Source: an uncultured Ignavibacteria bacterium
Lineage (GTDB): Bacteria; Zixibacteria; MSB-5A5; WJJR01
Length of the DNA: 64,000 nucleotides
Direction: 5' to 3'
Assembly: GCA_964593585.1 (NCBI GenBank)
Contig: CAZQIZ010000009.1
Coordinates: forward strand, 306 to 64,305
The position numbers were made by a program, and so were the translations under genes. Every line of letters begins with the position of its first letter. The stretch's first letter is position 1. This document shows positions 36,246 through 46,166 of the stretch, in pieces. The notes beneath the pieces are model-generated. The model worked only from the letters and a program-made list of their open reading frames with translations. It did no database searches and had not been told where the DNA came from.

Positions 36246-38963
36246 ATGAAGTCCGCTCGTTGGGCGCTCGCCTTGGCCCTGCTGATCGCCTTCGCGACAC
36301 CGGCCCTCTCGGCCGACCTGCCGCCGATCAACCACGAGAAGTATGAACTCCCCAACGGTCTCGATGTCATCCTGCATGTCGACAAGACCATCCCGACCGT
36401 CACCGTCAACATCTGGTACCATGTCGGCTCCAAGAACGAAGAGAAGGGACGCACCGGCTTTGCCCACCTCTTCGAGCACATGATGTTCCAGGGCTCCAAG
36501 CACCACGACACCGACTATTTCGCCCCGCTGGAGAAAGTTGGTGGCGAGGTCAACGGCTCCACCTCCGAGGATCGCACCAACTACTACGAGACCGTGCCGA
36601 GCAACTACCTCGAGCTCGCCCTCTGGCTCGAAGCCGACCGCATGGGCTACCTCCTGCCGGCCATGACCCAGGAGCGTCTCGACAACCAGCGCGATGTGGT
36701 CAAAAACGAGCGCCGTGAGGGTGTCGACAACCAGCCCTATGGCCGTGTCTGGGAAAACCTCGGCTGGCTCATGTATCCCGAAGAGCATCCTTACAACTGG
36801 CCGGTCATCGGCTACATGGAAGACCTCTCGGCCGCCTCGCTGGAGGATGTGCAGAACTTCTTCAAGCTTTACTATGCGCCCAACAACGCCTCGCTGTGCG
36901 TGACCGGGGACTTCGATCCGGCGGAGGCCAAGGCGCTGATCGAAAAGTACTTTGCCGCCATTCCGGCCGGGCAGCCGATCATGCGCAAGGAAGCGTGGAT
37001 TCCCGAACTCGATGGCATCCGTCGCGGACAGATGGAAGATGCCGTTTCGTTGGCGCGCGTCTACTATGCGTTCCCCAGCCCCGGATATTACACCCCCGGC
37101 GACGCCGAACTCGACATTCTCGCCAATGCGCTCACCAACGGCAAGACCTCGCGCCTCTACAAGTCGCTGGTCTATGACAAGCAGATCGCGCAGGATGTCG
37201 CCGCCTTCCAGTCCTCCTCGGAGCTGTGCGGCAACTTCATCATTCAGGCCACTGCGCGCGAGGGGCACACGCTCGCCGAACTGGAAGCCGCGCTCGACGC
37301 CGAACTGAAAAAGATTCTGGCGGAAGGCATCACCGCCACCGAACTGGCCAACACTCAGGCGCAGTTGGAGGCCGGCTTTGTCCGCTCGCTCGAAGATCTC
37401 GGACGCCGCGCCGACAAGCTGAATGAGTACAACGTCTTCCTCGGCGATCCCGACAAGTTCGAGTGGGATCTCGATCGGTATCAGAATGCCACCGTCGCCG
37501 GCGTCAACGCCGCAGCCAAGCGCTGGATCGACCTCGACCGCCGCGTGATCTTCCATGTCCTCCCGCAGGGCACCTATGTCGCTGCCGAGGACAAGCTCGA
37601 CCGCTCCATCAAGCCGACCGCGGCGGCCGATCCGTCGTTCACTCCGCCGGCGATCCAGAAGGACAAACTCTCCAACGGCGTCGAAGTCTGGCTGGTGCAG
37701 GACGACAAACTCCCGCTGGTCCAGACCAACATCGTCTTCAAGGGCGGCTGGGCGCTCGAACCGGCCGGCAAGGCCGCCGTCGGCTCGATGACCTCCGACA
37801 TGATGGACGAGGGCACCAAGACCCGCACCGCTCTGCAGATTTCCGAGGAAGCCAAAAGCATCGGCGCCAACCTCGGCACCGGCTCCTCGTTCGATAACAT
37901 GAGCGTGTCGCTCAACGTGCTGAAAAAGTACCTCGATCGCGGCTATGCGCTCTTGGCCGACATCCTGATGAATCCCACCTTCCCGCAGGAAGAGCTCGAC
38001 CGGCAGAAGAAGATGTACATGGGACGTATCGCGCAGGAAAGCAAGCAGCCGAACACCGTGGTGCAGAAGACCTTTCTCAGGACGCTCTACGGCGCCGATC
38101 ATCCCTATGGCCGCCCCTTCACCGGATCCGGCACCAAGGCCTCAATCAACGCCATCACGCGCGACGACCTGGTCGCGTTCCATCAGGCCAACTATGTGCC
38201 GTCTAATGCCGCCATCGCGGTGGCCGGCAACATCACCATGGCCGAGGCCAAAGCCGCCCTCGAGAAGGCCTTCAAGGGCTGGGCCTCGACCGCGCCCGCC
38301 CCGGTGGTCAACATCCCCGACCCGGCGCCGGTCACCAAGACCCAGGTCGTGATCGTCGACAAGCCCGGCGCGCCGCAGAGCGCGATCATGGTCGGCCACG
38401 CCGGCATCAAGCGCTCCGATCCCGACTACATGCCGATCCGCGTCATGATGAACGTGCTCGGCTCGCAGTTCACCAGCCGCATCAACATGAACCTGCGCGA
38501 GGACAAGGGCTACACCTACGGCGCCTTCGGCAATTTCGCGGCGCGCCGCGGCACAGGCCCCTTCCTGGTCACCGCCCAGGTCCAGACCCCCAACACCAAG
38601 GAAGCCGTCTTTGAATTCGTCAAGGAACTGCGCGACATCATCTCCACCCGCCCCGTCTCCGCCGAGGAACTCGAGGACGCCAAAAACGACCTGATCAAGT
38701 CGTTCCCCAGCGGCTTCGAATCGATCGGCGCCGTGGCCGGCGGCATGAGCACGATGTTCTCCTATGACCTGCCCCTCGATGAGTGGCAAACCTTCGCCGC
38801 GCGCGTCAACGCCGTCGATCTGGCCGCCGCCAACCGCGCCGCGACCAACCACATCAATCCCGACGCGCTCCTGATCGTGATCGTCGGCGATCGCGCCAAA
38901 ATCGAGGAAGGCATCAAGTCGCTCAATCTCGGCGATGTGGCCTTTGTCTTGGCCGAGGAGTAG
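36246..38963 (+). CDS. Secreted M16-family (pitrilysin/insulinase-like) zinc metallopeptidase, duplicated M16 unit (~905 aa)
   Basis: AAGGAG RBS. Signal peptide MKSARWALALALLIAFATPALSA. Inverted zinc motif HLFEHMMFQG (HxxEH) near the N-terminus. A second M16-like half in residues ~470-900. Confidence 0.85.
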   Translation: MKSARWALALALLIAFATPALSADLPPINHEKYELPNGLDVILHVDKTIPTVTVNIWYHVGSKNEEKGRTGFAHLFEHMMFQGSKHHDTDYFAPLEKVGGEVNGSTSEDRTNYYETVPSNYLELALWLEADRMGYLLPAMTQERLDNQRDVVKNERREGVDNQPYGRVWENLGWLMYPEEHPYNWPVIGYMEDLSAASLEDVQNFFKLYYAPNNASLCVTGDFDPAEAKALIEKYFAAIPAGQPIMRKEAWIPELDGIRRGQMEDAVSLARVYYAFPSPGYYTPGDAELDILANALTNGKTSRLYKSLVYDKQIAQDVAAFQSSSELCGNFIIQATAREGHTLAELEAALDAELKKILAEGITATELANTQAQLEAGFVRSLEDLGRRADKLNEYNVFLGDPDKFEWDLDRYQNATVAGVNAAAKRWIDLDRRVIFHVLPQGTYVAAEDKLDRSIKPTAAADPSFTPPAIQKDKLSNGVEVWLVQDDKLPLVQTNIVFKGGWALEPAGKAAVGSMTSDMMDEGTKTRTALQISEEAKSIGANLGTGSSFDNMSVSLNVLKKYLDRGYALLADILMNPTFPQEELDRQKKMYMGRIAQESKQPNTVVQKTFLRTLYGADHPYGRPFTGSGTKASINAITRDDLVAFHQANYVPSNAAIAVAGNITMAEAKAALEKAFKGWASTAPAPVVNIPDPAPVTKTQVVIVDKPGAPQSAIMVGHAGIKRSDPDYMPIRVMMNVLGSQFTSRINMNLREDKGYTYGAFGNFAARRGTGPFLVTAQVQTPNTKEAVFEFVKELRDIISTRPVSAEELEDAKNDLIKSFPSGFESIGAVAGGMSTMFSYDLPLDEWQTFAARVNAVDLAAANRAATNHINPDALLIVIVGDRAKIEEGIKSLNLGDVAFVLAEE

Positions 38964-39122
38964 AAGACACAAACGCGCTCTGCCAACGGGCGGCTCCTCA
39001 CCGGAGCCGCCCGTTGTTGTTCGGCCCCGGACGTTTCGGCGTCAACAATTGATTGAATCGTCTCCGGCCACCGCTGATATTGCGCCCCACGCTGATACGC
39101 GGACCATGTTGAGGAGAGCCAG

Positions 39123-41921
39123 ATGAACATCGCCGTGCGTTTTCTCGTTGCCGTTCTCGCCGTTGTCGCCGTCACCGCCACTGCCTTCGCGGCCCCGCCG
39201 CTTTTGAACAACGGCAACGTCGCCGATCACTTCGCCCAGATCGCCTACGATCCCGCCGTCCCGACCCCGCAGTCGGTGCTCGGCTATCCGCTCGGGTCGC
39301 GTCCGGCCCGCTACGAGGAAGTCATCCGCTACCTGCGGACGCTCGATGAGTTCTCGTCGCGCGCCGAGTTGTTCGAGACCGGGCAGACGCACGAGGGACG
39401 GCCGCTTTACTGCATGATCATCGGTTCGCAGAAGAACTTCGACAACCGCGAGAAGATTCGCGCCGATCTGGCCGCGCTGGCCAATCAATCGTCCGATGGC
39501 GCCGTGTCCAACCGCGAGGCCATCCTCGCCGCGACGCCGGCGGCCGTCTGGCTGGGTTACTCCATCCACGGCGATGGAATCTCCGGCGTTGATGCCTGCC
39601 TCTGGGTCGCCTACCACCTGCTGGCCGCGCAGGACGCCGAAACCAAGATGATCCTCGACAGCGTGCTGGTCCTGATCGATCCCAGTCAGAATCCCGATGG
39701 CCGCGAACGCTTCCTCGCGCAGATTTTCGCCTGGAATGGACGTGTCCCCTCCACACGCGCCGGCGATCTGCAGCACGGCGGCTTCTGGCCGTGGGGACGC
39801 GGCAATCACTACCTCTTCGATCTCAACCGCGACTGGCTGCCGCTGGTCCATCCGGAGACCAAAGCGCGCGTTGATGTCCTCAACCAGTAAAACCCACAGG
39901 TGGTGGTCGACGCCCACGAAATGGGCTCCTACTCCACCTATCTCTTCTCGCCGGGACGCGAACCGATCAATCCCAACATCACCGCCGAACTGCTGCATTG
40001 GTGGGATGTCTTCGCCGCCGACCAGGGCGCCGAGTTCGACAGGCGCGGCTGGAGTTATTACACCGGCGACTGGCACGAGGAATGGTATCCCGGCTATGGC
40101 TCCGCCTGGTGCCTCTTCACCGGCGCGCTGGGCATCCTCTATGAGCAGGCCGGCGCCGAAGGATCATCGGTCAAACGCCCCGATGGCTCGGTGCATGACT
40201 ACCCGCGCGCCGTGGCGCAACAGGCGGTCAGTTCCTTCGCCAATCTCGCCACCACCGCGAAGAATCGCCGCGCGTTGCTGACCGACTACGCCAACTTCCA
40301 CCGCGATGGCGCCCTGGGCCGCGCCCGCGACGGTCTGCGCGGCGCCTACCTCTTCGCCACCGGCAACAACCCCGGACGCGAGGCCGAATTCCTTACCACC
40401 ATCCAGGGCCATGGGCTGCGTGTCGAGAAAGCCGCCGCCTCCTTCCAGGCCGCGGTGATCACCGCGCAGGGCGAACGCGCCAGCCGCACCTATCCCGCCG
40501 GGACTTACATCATCCCGATGAATCAGCCGCGCGCGCTCCTGGCGCAGGCGCTTCTGGAGTTCGACCCGCACCTGAAAAAGTCCTTTCTCGAGGAGGAACG
40601 CCGCTCGCTTGAAAAGGGAGAGGGCACCCGGATGTATGAAGTCTCCGGCTGGTCTTTGGCGCAGGCCTATGATCTCGACATTGCCTACGCCGAGTCGCGC
40701 CCCGGCGTCGCCGCCGACAACGCCGAAGCGCCGACTCCGTCGGAAGGAAAACTGCTCAACCCCGATGCGACCTACGGCTTCCTCGTTGCCGCGGGCGATG
40801 ACCGCGCCATGCCGGCGTTGGTGAAGATGCTCGACGCCGGCCTGAGTGTGCGCGTGGCGACCAAACCGTTCGTGCATCAGAATGTCCCCTATGAGGCCGG
40901 CACGCTCATCGCGCGTCGCGGCGAGAATGGCCCCGATTTGATCGCCAAACTCGAACCGATCGCCTGCGCCACCGGCGTGACGATCCTCGGCACCTCGAGC
41001 AATTACTCCTCCTCCGGCATCGACCTCGGCTCCGATCTCTGGGAACTGCTGCGCGCGCCGCGTGTCGGCCTCTTCTGGGGACCGAATGTCGATTTCACCA
41101 GCGCCGGCTGGCTCTGGTATGAAATCGATCAGCGACTGGGTGTCATCCATTCGCTCCTCGACATCAATTCACTGGACTGGTATGACCTGTCGGCCTACAA
41201 CGTGCTCATCATTCCCAACACCTGGGGCAATCCGAAGGAGGCCCTCGGCGAGCAGGGAGTGGCGGCGCTGAAGAAGTGGGTGCAGGCGGGCGGCACGCTG
41301 ATCGCGGTCAACGAGCCGGCGTATTTCCTTGCTGATTCCGCCGCCGGCTTCTCGCAGGCGCGCGAGTACAGTCAGGTTCTCGACAAACTCGGCGACTACA
41401 ATCTGGCGTTCCTTGAGGAACGCGCCGCGGCGACCGCCACGGTCGATACCAACGCGGTCTGGCGCGGCGTCACGCCGACTGCCTCCGCCCCCAAACCGGC
41501 CGAAAAACCCTCGCCCGAGGAGCTGGCCAAACGCAACGAGAAGGCGCGCACCTTCGGCCCGCAGGGTGTCATCATGCGGCTGAACCTCAATACCGAACAC
41601 TGGCTCTGCTTTGGAACCGGCGGACGCGCCAGCGCGATGATCTATTCACGCAACGCCCTCCTGGCAAAAGACCCGGTGCAAATCGCCGCCCGTATCGCCG
41701 GCCCCGACAAGATGCGCCTCTCCGGCCTCCTCTGGCCCGAAGCCCGCGAGCGCTGGGCCAACACCGCCTACTGCACGCGCGAATCGATGGGCAAAGGCCA
41801 ACTCATCCTCTTTGCCGATGAACCGTTCTTCCGCGCCTACTTCCACGGCACCCGCCGTCTCCTGGAAAACGCTATCGTCCTCGGTCCGGGCATCGGCACA
41901 GCATTCCCCGCGCCCTGGTAG
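39123..41921 (+). pseudogene. Secreted M14-family zinc carboxypeptidase-like protein interrupted by an in-frame TAA (39888-39890); the track ORFs 39123-39890 and 39900-41921 are one reading frame
   Basis: AGGAGAG RBS and signal peptide at 39123. SIHGDGISG (HxxE-position region) lies upstream of the stop, and the CPA-like third-ligand region VVVDAHEMGSYS (compare IHSYSQ) lies immediately downstream in the same frame (...RVDVLNQ*NPQVVVDAHEMG...). The conserved domain therefore spans the stop. Confidence 0.55.
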
Positions 41922-41964
41922 CAACGCTGCCGCCGGTTTGGCCGGTGCGATAGGTAATCACCCA

Positions 41965-42003
41965 ATCCCCTCTCCCCTGAAAGGGGAGAGGGGATTTTGA
42001 TTG
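41965..42003 (+). terminator. Stem-loop atcccctctcccc-tgaaa-ggggagaggggat followed by ttttgatt; probable intrinsic terminator after the M14 gene
   Basis: Perfect 13-bp palindrome arms with a 5-nt loop and a downstream T-run. The core (ctctccc/gggagag) is shared with the palindromic repeat family seen elsewhere in the window. Confidence 0.5.
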
Positions 42004-42056
42004 TGGATAGCCGCCTAACCCCCCTTTCTTCCCGCACCAACCCAGCGAGGGACACC

Positions 42057-43271
42057 ATGATCACCATCCGGCCGTTGCGCACCAAAGCGGAGCTTGAGCA
42101 GTACATGGAGCTCTGCATCTACTGCTTCTCCTTCTCGTCGGAGTACACGCCCTACTACGCCAACTTCATCGGCCCGCACCTCGACTGCACTATGGGCGCC
42201 TTCGATGGGCCGCGCTTGGTGGCGGCGATGTGGGGCATTCCCTTTGAGATGAATGTCATCGGCGCGCACCTGCCCATGGCCGGCATCTCGGTGGTGGCCA
42301 CACGCCCCGAGGTGCGCAACCTCGGTTTGGCCAAAGAACTGATGACCGTCTCCCACCAGCGGATGAAGAAGGAGGGCATCCCATTGGCGGTGCTCATGCC
42401 CTTCAAGCCGGTCTTCTATGCGCGCATGGGTTATGGCGATGTGTTCTACTACCACGACTGCCAGCTCCAGCCCGGCGCCATTGCCGAACTGGAACCGCGC
42501 GGCTATCGGGTTGCACCCGTCGACGGCAACAAGGAATGGAAGACCTTCGACCGCCTGCACCGCCAGTACAGCGCCCGCTATTTCGGGACCGTCAACCGCG
42601 GCGAACGGTACTGGAAGATCCGCTATATGAACTCGCCCTTCGGCCCGCGCTTTCACTACCTGATTCTGCGCGGGCAGGAGCCGGTCGGATACATCATCAC
42701 ACACCTCGATAAGCCCAACCCCGCGATTTCGTCCGATCTGCGCCGCGAGACGCGGCTCACCATCATGCAGGCGGTCTGGACCGACCAGGGCTCCTTCGAT
42801 GCCATCCTGCAATTCGTGCGCGCCCATCGCGACCAGCACGGCAAGATCGAATGGTATCTGCCCACCGATGTTCCGCTCCATGACCGGCTGGTGGATCAAC
42901 GCATCACCGTGGCGCTCAAACCCAAGATGATGCTCAAACTGGTCGACCTGAAGGCCGCCATTGAACGCCGTCCGTTCACCGCCGACTTCGACGCGGACAT
43001 CATCCTGCAGGTCAAAGGCGATGACACCAGCCCCTGGAACGATGGCCTCTGGCGCATTCACTGGCGCGGGGGAGAGGCGAAGGTGACACGGACCACCGCC
43101 GGCGCCGGCAGGGCCCGCATCGACATCGCCTCGCTGGCCGTGCTCTATTCCGGCCATCGTGACGCCGCCGCGCTCGAACGCCTGGGCCGTCTCTCCGGTC
43201 CGCGCGCGGCGATCGAGACACTGGCGCGCGCCTTCCCTGCGCGTGTCTGCTATATCGACGACTGGTTCTAA
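42057..43271 (+). CDS. GNAT-family N-acetyltransferase with C-terminal sterol-carrier-like domain (Eis-like architecture)
   Basis: ATG 42057 (MITIRPLRTKAELEQYMEL). The ~400-aa length and GNAT-like core motifs (VATRPEVRNLGLAKELM) followed by a long C-terminal extension resemble Eis-type acetyltransferases. Confidence 0.65.
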   Translation: MITIRPLRTKAELEQYMELCIYCFSFSSEYTPYYANFIGPHLDCTMGAFDGPRLVAAMWGIPFEMNVIGAHLPMAGISVVATRPEVRNLGLAKELMTVSHQRMKKEGIPLAVLMPFKPVFYARMGYGDVFYYHDCQLQPGAIAELEPRGYRVAPVDGNKEWKTFDRLHRQYSARYFGTVNRGERYWKIRYMNSPFGPRFHYLILRGQEPVGYIITHLDKPNPAISSDLRRETRLTIMQAVWTDQGSFDAILQFVRAHRDQHGKIEWYLPTDVPLHDRLVDQRITVALKPKMMLKLVDLKAAIERRPFTADFDADIILQVKGDDTSPWNDGLWRIHWRGGEAKVTRTTAGAGRARIDIASLAVLYSGHRDAAALERLGRLSGPRAAIETLARAFPARVCYIDDWF

Positions 43272-43417
43272 GCCCGGGCTCCCGGCCACAGGCAGCGGCG
43301 CGCTCGGCAATGGACCGGACGGGGTCCGATTTCGTGACATCCTCCCGGACAATCCCGCTTGCAAAAGCCCGGCTTCGCGTCGATCTTTTTTAGTGAGGTC
43401 AGATAAGGAGGTCGACG

Positions 43418-44605
43418 ATGAAACGCCGCCCACAATGGATGTCCTGGTGCCTGGCGTCTTTCGCATTGCTGGTGCTGGGCGCCGCTCCCGCGGCCCTGGC
43501 CCAATCCACCGAACCGATTGTCATCGGCGCGGTCATTTCACTCACCGGACGCGACGCCGCCTTCGGCCAGGAATGCCTGGCCGGGTTGGACATCGCCCTG
43601 GAGGAAGCCAACGCCGAGGGTGGGATTCACAACCGCCCGGTCACTCTGCAGGTCTTCGATGACAAGTCCGACCCGATCCTCGCCGCCGAGGGGGTGCGCA
43701 CACTGGTCCGCCAGTTCTCGCCCATTGCCATCATCGGCTCCAACACCTCGATGGTCACCAAGGCCGCCGCGGTGGCGGCGCAGAATGTCGGCGTGCCGCT
43801 GATTGTCCCCGAAGCCACCGAGCCCGACATCACTGCCATCGGCGAATGGATCTACCGTGTCTGCTTCGTCGATCCCGACATGGCCCGCGGTCTGGCAGCG
43901 TATGCCTACACCGATCTCGGCCTGCGCCGCGTTGCCGTGCTGACCGAAGACAAACACGATTACACCGTCTCGTTCACCCGCTACTTCCGCGACCGCTTCA
44001 TCGAACTGGGCGGCGAAATTGTCTACCAGTCGGGGTACCGTCAGGGCACCACCACCTTCGATGAGTTGCTCAAGCAGGCGTCGTCGCTGCATGCCGACGC
44101 TGTCCTGGTGTCCGGCTTTTATCCCGAGGCGGGCAGCGTGATCGCCTGCGCCAAGCGGCTGGGCGAGAACCTCACCTTCCTCGGCGGCGACGGCTGGGAA
44201 TCCGATGGCCTGTTCACCGCCGCCGGCGATGCAATTACCGATCGCTCGCGGATCTTCATCGCCTCGCACTTTTCTCCCGATGTTCGCCGCGCCAAGGTGC
44301 GCGGGTTTGTTGAGGCCTTCCGCGAGAAATTCGGACGCCGTCCCAACACCTCCTCCGCCCTCGGCTTCGACGCCGGCGGGCTGGTGATGGGCGCCGCCAT
44401 GCGCGCCGCCTCGCTGGATCCGGCCGGCATCAAGGCCGCGCTGGCCGATGCCCGGCATGAGGGCGTCACCGGCTACATAACCATCGGCGCCAACCGCAAC
44501 CCGTCGAAGAAGGTCATCATCCTCCAGGCCGGCGATGATCAGCGATTCGCCTATGTGCGCGCCATTTCCTCGGAAACGTTGCGTGTGCCGGAGTCGACAC
44601 AGTAG
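43418..44605 (+). CDS. ABC transporter periplasmic substrate-binding protein, branched-chain amino acid (LivJ/LivK, Peripla_BP_6) family
   Basis: GGAGGT RBS. Signal peptide. Sequence PIVIGAVISLTGRDAAFGQECLAGLDIALEEANAEGGIHNRPVTLQVFDDKSDP typical of Liv-type binding proteins. Confidence 0.8.
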   Translation: MKRRPQWMSWCLASFALLVLGAAPAALAQSTEPIVIGAVISLTGRDAAFGQECLAGLDIALEEANAEGGIHNRPVTLQVFDDKSDPILAAEGVRTLVRQFSPIAIIGSNTSMVTKAAAVAAQNVGVPLIVPEATEPDITAIGEWIYRVCFVDPDMARGLAAYAYTDLGLRRVAVLTEDKHDYTVSFTRYFRDRFIELGGEIVYQSGYRQGTTTFDELLKQASSLHADAVLVSGFYPEAGSVIACAKRLGENLTFLGGDGWESDGLFTAAGDAITDRSRIFIASHFSPDVRRAKVRGFVEAFREKFGRRPNTSSALGFDAGGLVMGAAMRAASLDPAGIKAALADARHEGVTGYITIGANRNPSKKVIILQAGDDQRFAYVRAISSETLRVPESTQ

Positions 44606-44691
44606 CGCCTGATGACATGCCTGACGTAAAACGGGGCGGGTCTTGCGACCCGCCCCGCTTGCTTTCCTGCCTGCAAGAGAAACGCCGTCGC

Positions 44692-45956
44692 TCAGGCCCG
44701 CGCGGCCCCGCGTCCTGCGACATACCCGCTCGACCACGCCCATTGGAAATTGAATCCGCCGATACGGCCATCGACATCGAGGATTTCGCCGCAGAGGAAG
44801 AGCCCGGGGACCTTGCGCGATTGCATCGTGCGGTAATCGATCTCGTTGAGCGCCACACCTCCCGCGGTCGCCTCGGCGTGGCTGTAATCGCGCGCGCCGG
44901 CGATCTCCACCGGAAGCGCAGTCAGCAGATGCGCCGTCTTGCGACGGTCGCGCGCGGCCAGTTGCGACAAGGGGGGATTGGCATCGCCGGCGATCGCCGC
45001 CGCCAACCGCTCCGTGTACACCGCGGTCAGCGCCGATGCCAGATGGCGTGTCGGGAACAGATGCGACTGCTCCAAGAGCCACGCATCGGCTTGCTCGGTT
45101 GAGTCGAATTGAGACGATCCAATGAATGCATCCAGCGCAACCTGCGGATGCTCCAGCCGCTCACGCAGCCAATGGCGCGACATGTTCATCGCCGCCGGTC
45201 CGGACAACCCGAAATGCGTGAACAACAGCGCGCCGGATTGCACGGACAACGGCTTGGCATGTCCGCGACGGCACAGTCTCAGCGTCGCGTCGATGGCGAT
45301 GCCGGAAAATTCGGCGAAGCGTCCGCCCAGGGCCGGCCCGCGACGCAACACCAGGGGCGTCAGCGCCGGCGTCGTCGGCACGATCGTGTGCCCCAGCGCG
45401 CGCATCATCTCCAGACCGGCGCCGTCGCTGCCCGATTTCGGCAACGCAAGTCCGCCGCAGGCCACCACCACCCGCTGCGCCGCGATACGCTGCCCGTCGG
45501 AAAGACCCAGCGCAAGACGCCCGTCCTCCGGCACAATCTCCCGCACCCGTGTCCCCGTCCAGAGCGTGATTCCCAACTGCCCGACACGCCGCAGCAGCGC
45601 ATCGAGCACCGTCTGCGCCCGGTCGGACACCGGAAAGTACTTCCCCTGCGGCTCCCGCTTCAGTTCGACTCCCAGCGAGGCAAACCACCGGCGCGTCCTC
45701 TGGTCATCGAACTGCGCCAGCACATTGCGGACGATCGCGCGCGATCCACCCCAGTAGTCCTCCGGCGTGACCTGCTCGTTGGTGACATTGCAACGTCCCC
45801 CGCCCGACACCAGAATCTTCGCGCCCGGCTTCTTTGCCCCCTCAATGATCAGCAATCGCCGCCCCGCGCCCGCCTCGGCGGCGCAGATGGCCGCCGCCAA
45901 CCCGGCCGCTCCCGCGCCGACAACCACAATCTCCCACTTGTCATTTCCCAGATTCA
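44692..45956 (-). CDS. HI0933-like / BaiN-family FAD-dependent oxidoreductase (flavoprotein)
   Basis: Rossmann motif IVVVGAGAAGLAAAICAA and family signature ILVSGGGRCNVTN. Start assigned to in-frame GTG at 45956 (MNLGNDKWEIVVVG), because the ORF-track N-terminal extension is translated from an upstream tandem repeat. Weak RBS, so the start is uncertain. Confidence 0.7.
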
Positions 45957-45966
45957 CAACCGCAAG

Positions 45967-46150
45967 ATAGGGGAGGGCGAGGCTTCCGCCGAGCCTGCTC
46001 TTTACTGATCGAACGCCGGCATACCCTTCTGACCGTTTCCCCGAATCGACAAGCAAGCTAGGGGAGGGCGAGGCTTCCGCCGAGCCTGCTCTTCATCCAT
46101 CACCCCAAAACAAACCGGGCCCGGAACAACTCCGGGCCCGGCTGACATGA
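45967..46150. repeat. Two tandem copies of a ~90-bp direct repeat (aggggagggcgaggcttccgccgagcctgctctt ... tgatcgaacgc...cccttc.gaccg.ttc) between the flavoprotein gene and the PEGA/TPR gene
   Basis: Copy 1 ~45967-46057, copy 2 ~46058-46150. The first 35 bp are identical; the rest is ~80% identical. Confidence 0.5.
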
Positions 46151-46166
46151 TTGATCGAACGCTCGA

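Noticed and set aside
36228-38102. 624-aa antisense ORF across the M16 peptidase gene; likewise 42015-43466(-), 43538-45082(-), 46503-47945(+), 49297-51432(+), 49991-51208(-), 52535-54547(-), 55160-55765(-) and 61615-62868(-)
   Set aside because: Each overlaps a confidently assigned gene on the other strand and encodes Arg/Gly/Ala/Pro-rich low-complexity protein with no motifs; typical GC shadow ORFs.
39888-39890. Alternative genetic code or selenocysteine as explanation for the in-frame stop in the M14 gene
   Set aside because: The codon is TAA, not TGA, and TAA/TAG/TGA all terminate other well-supported genes in the window.
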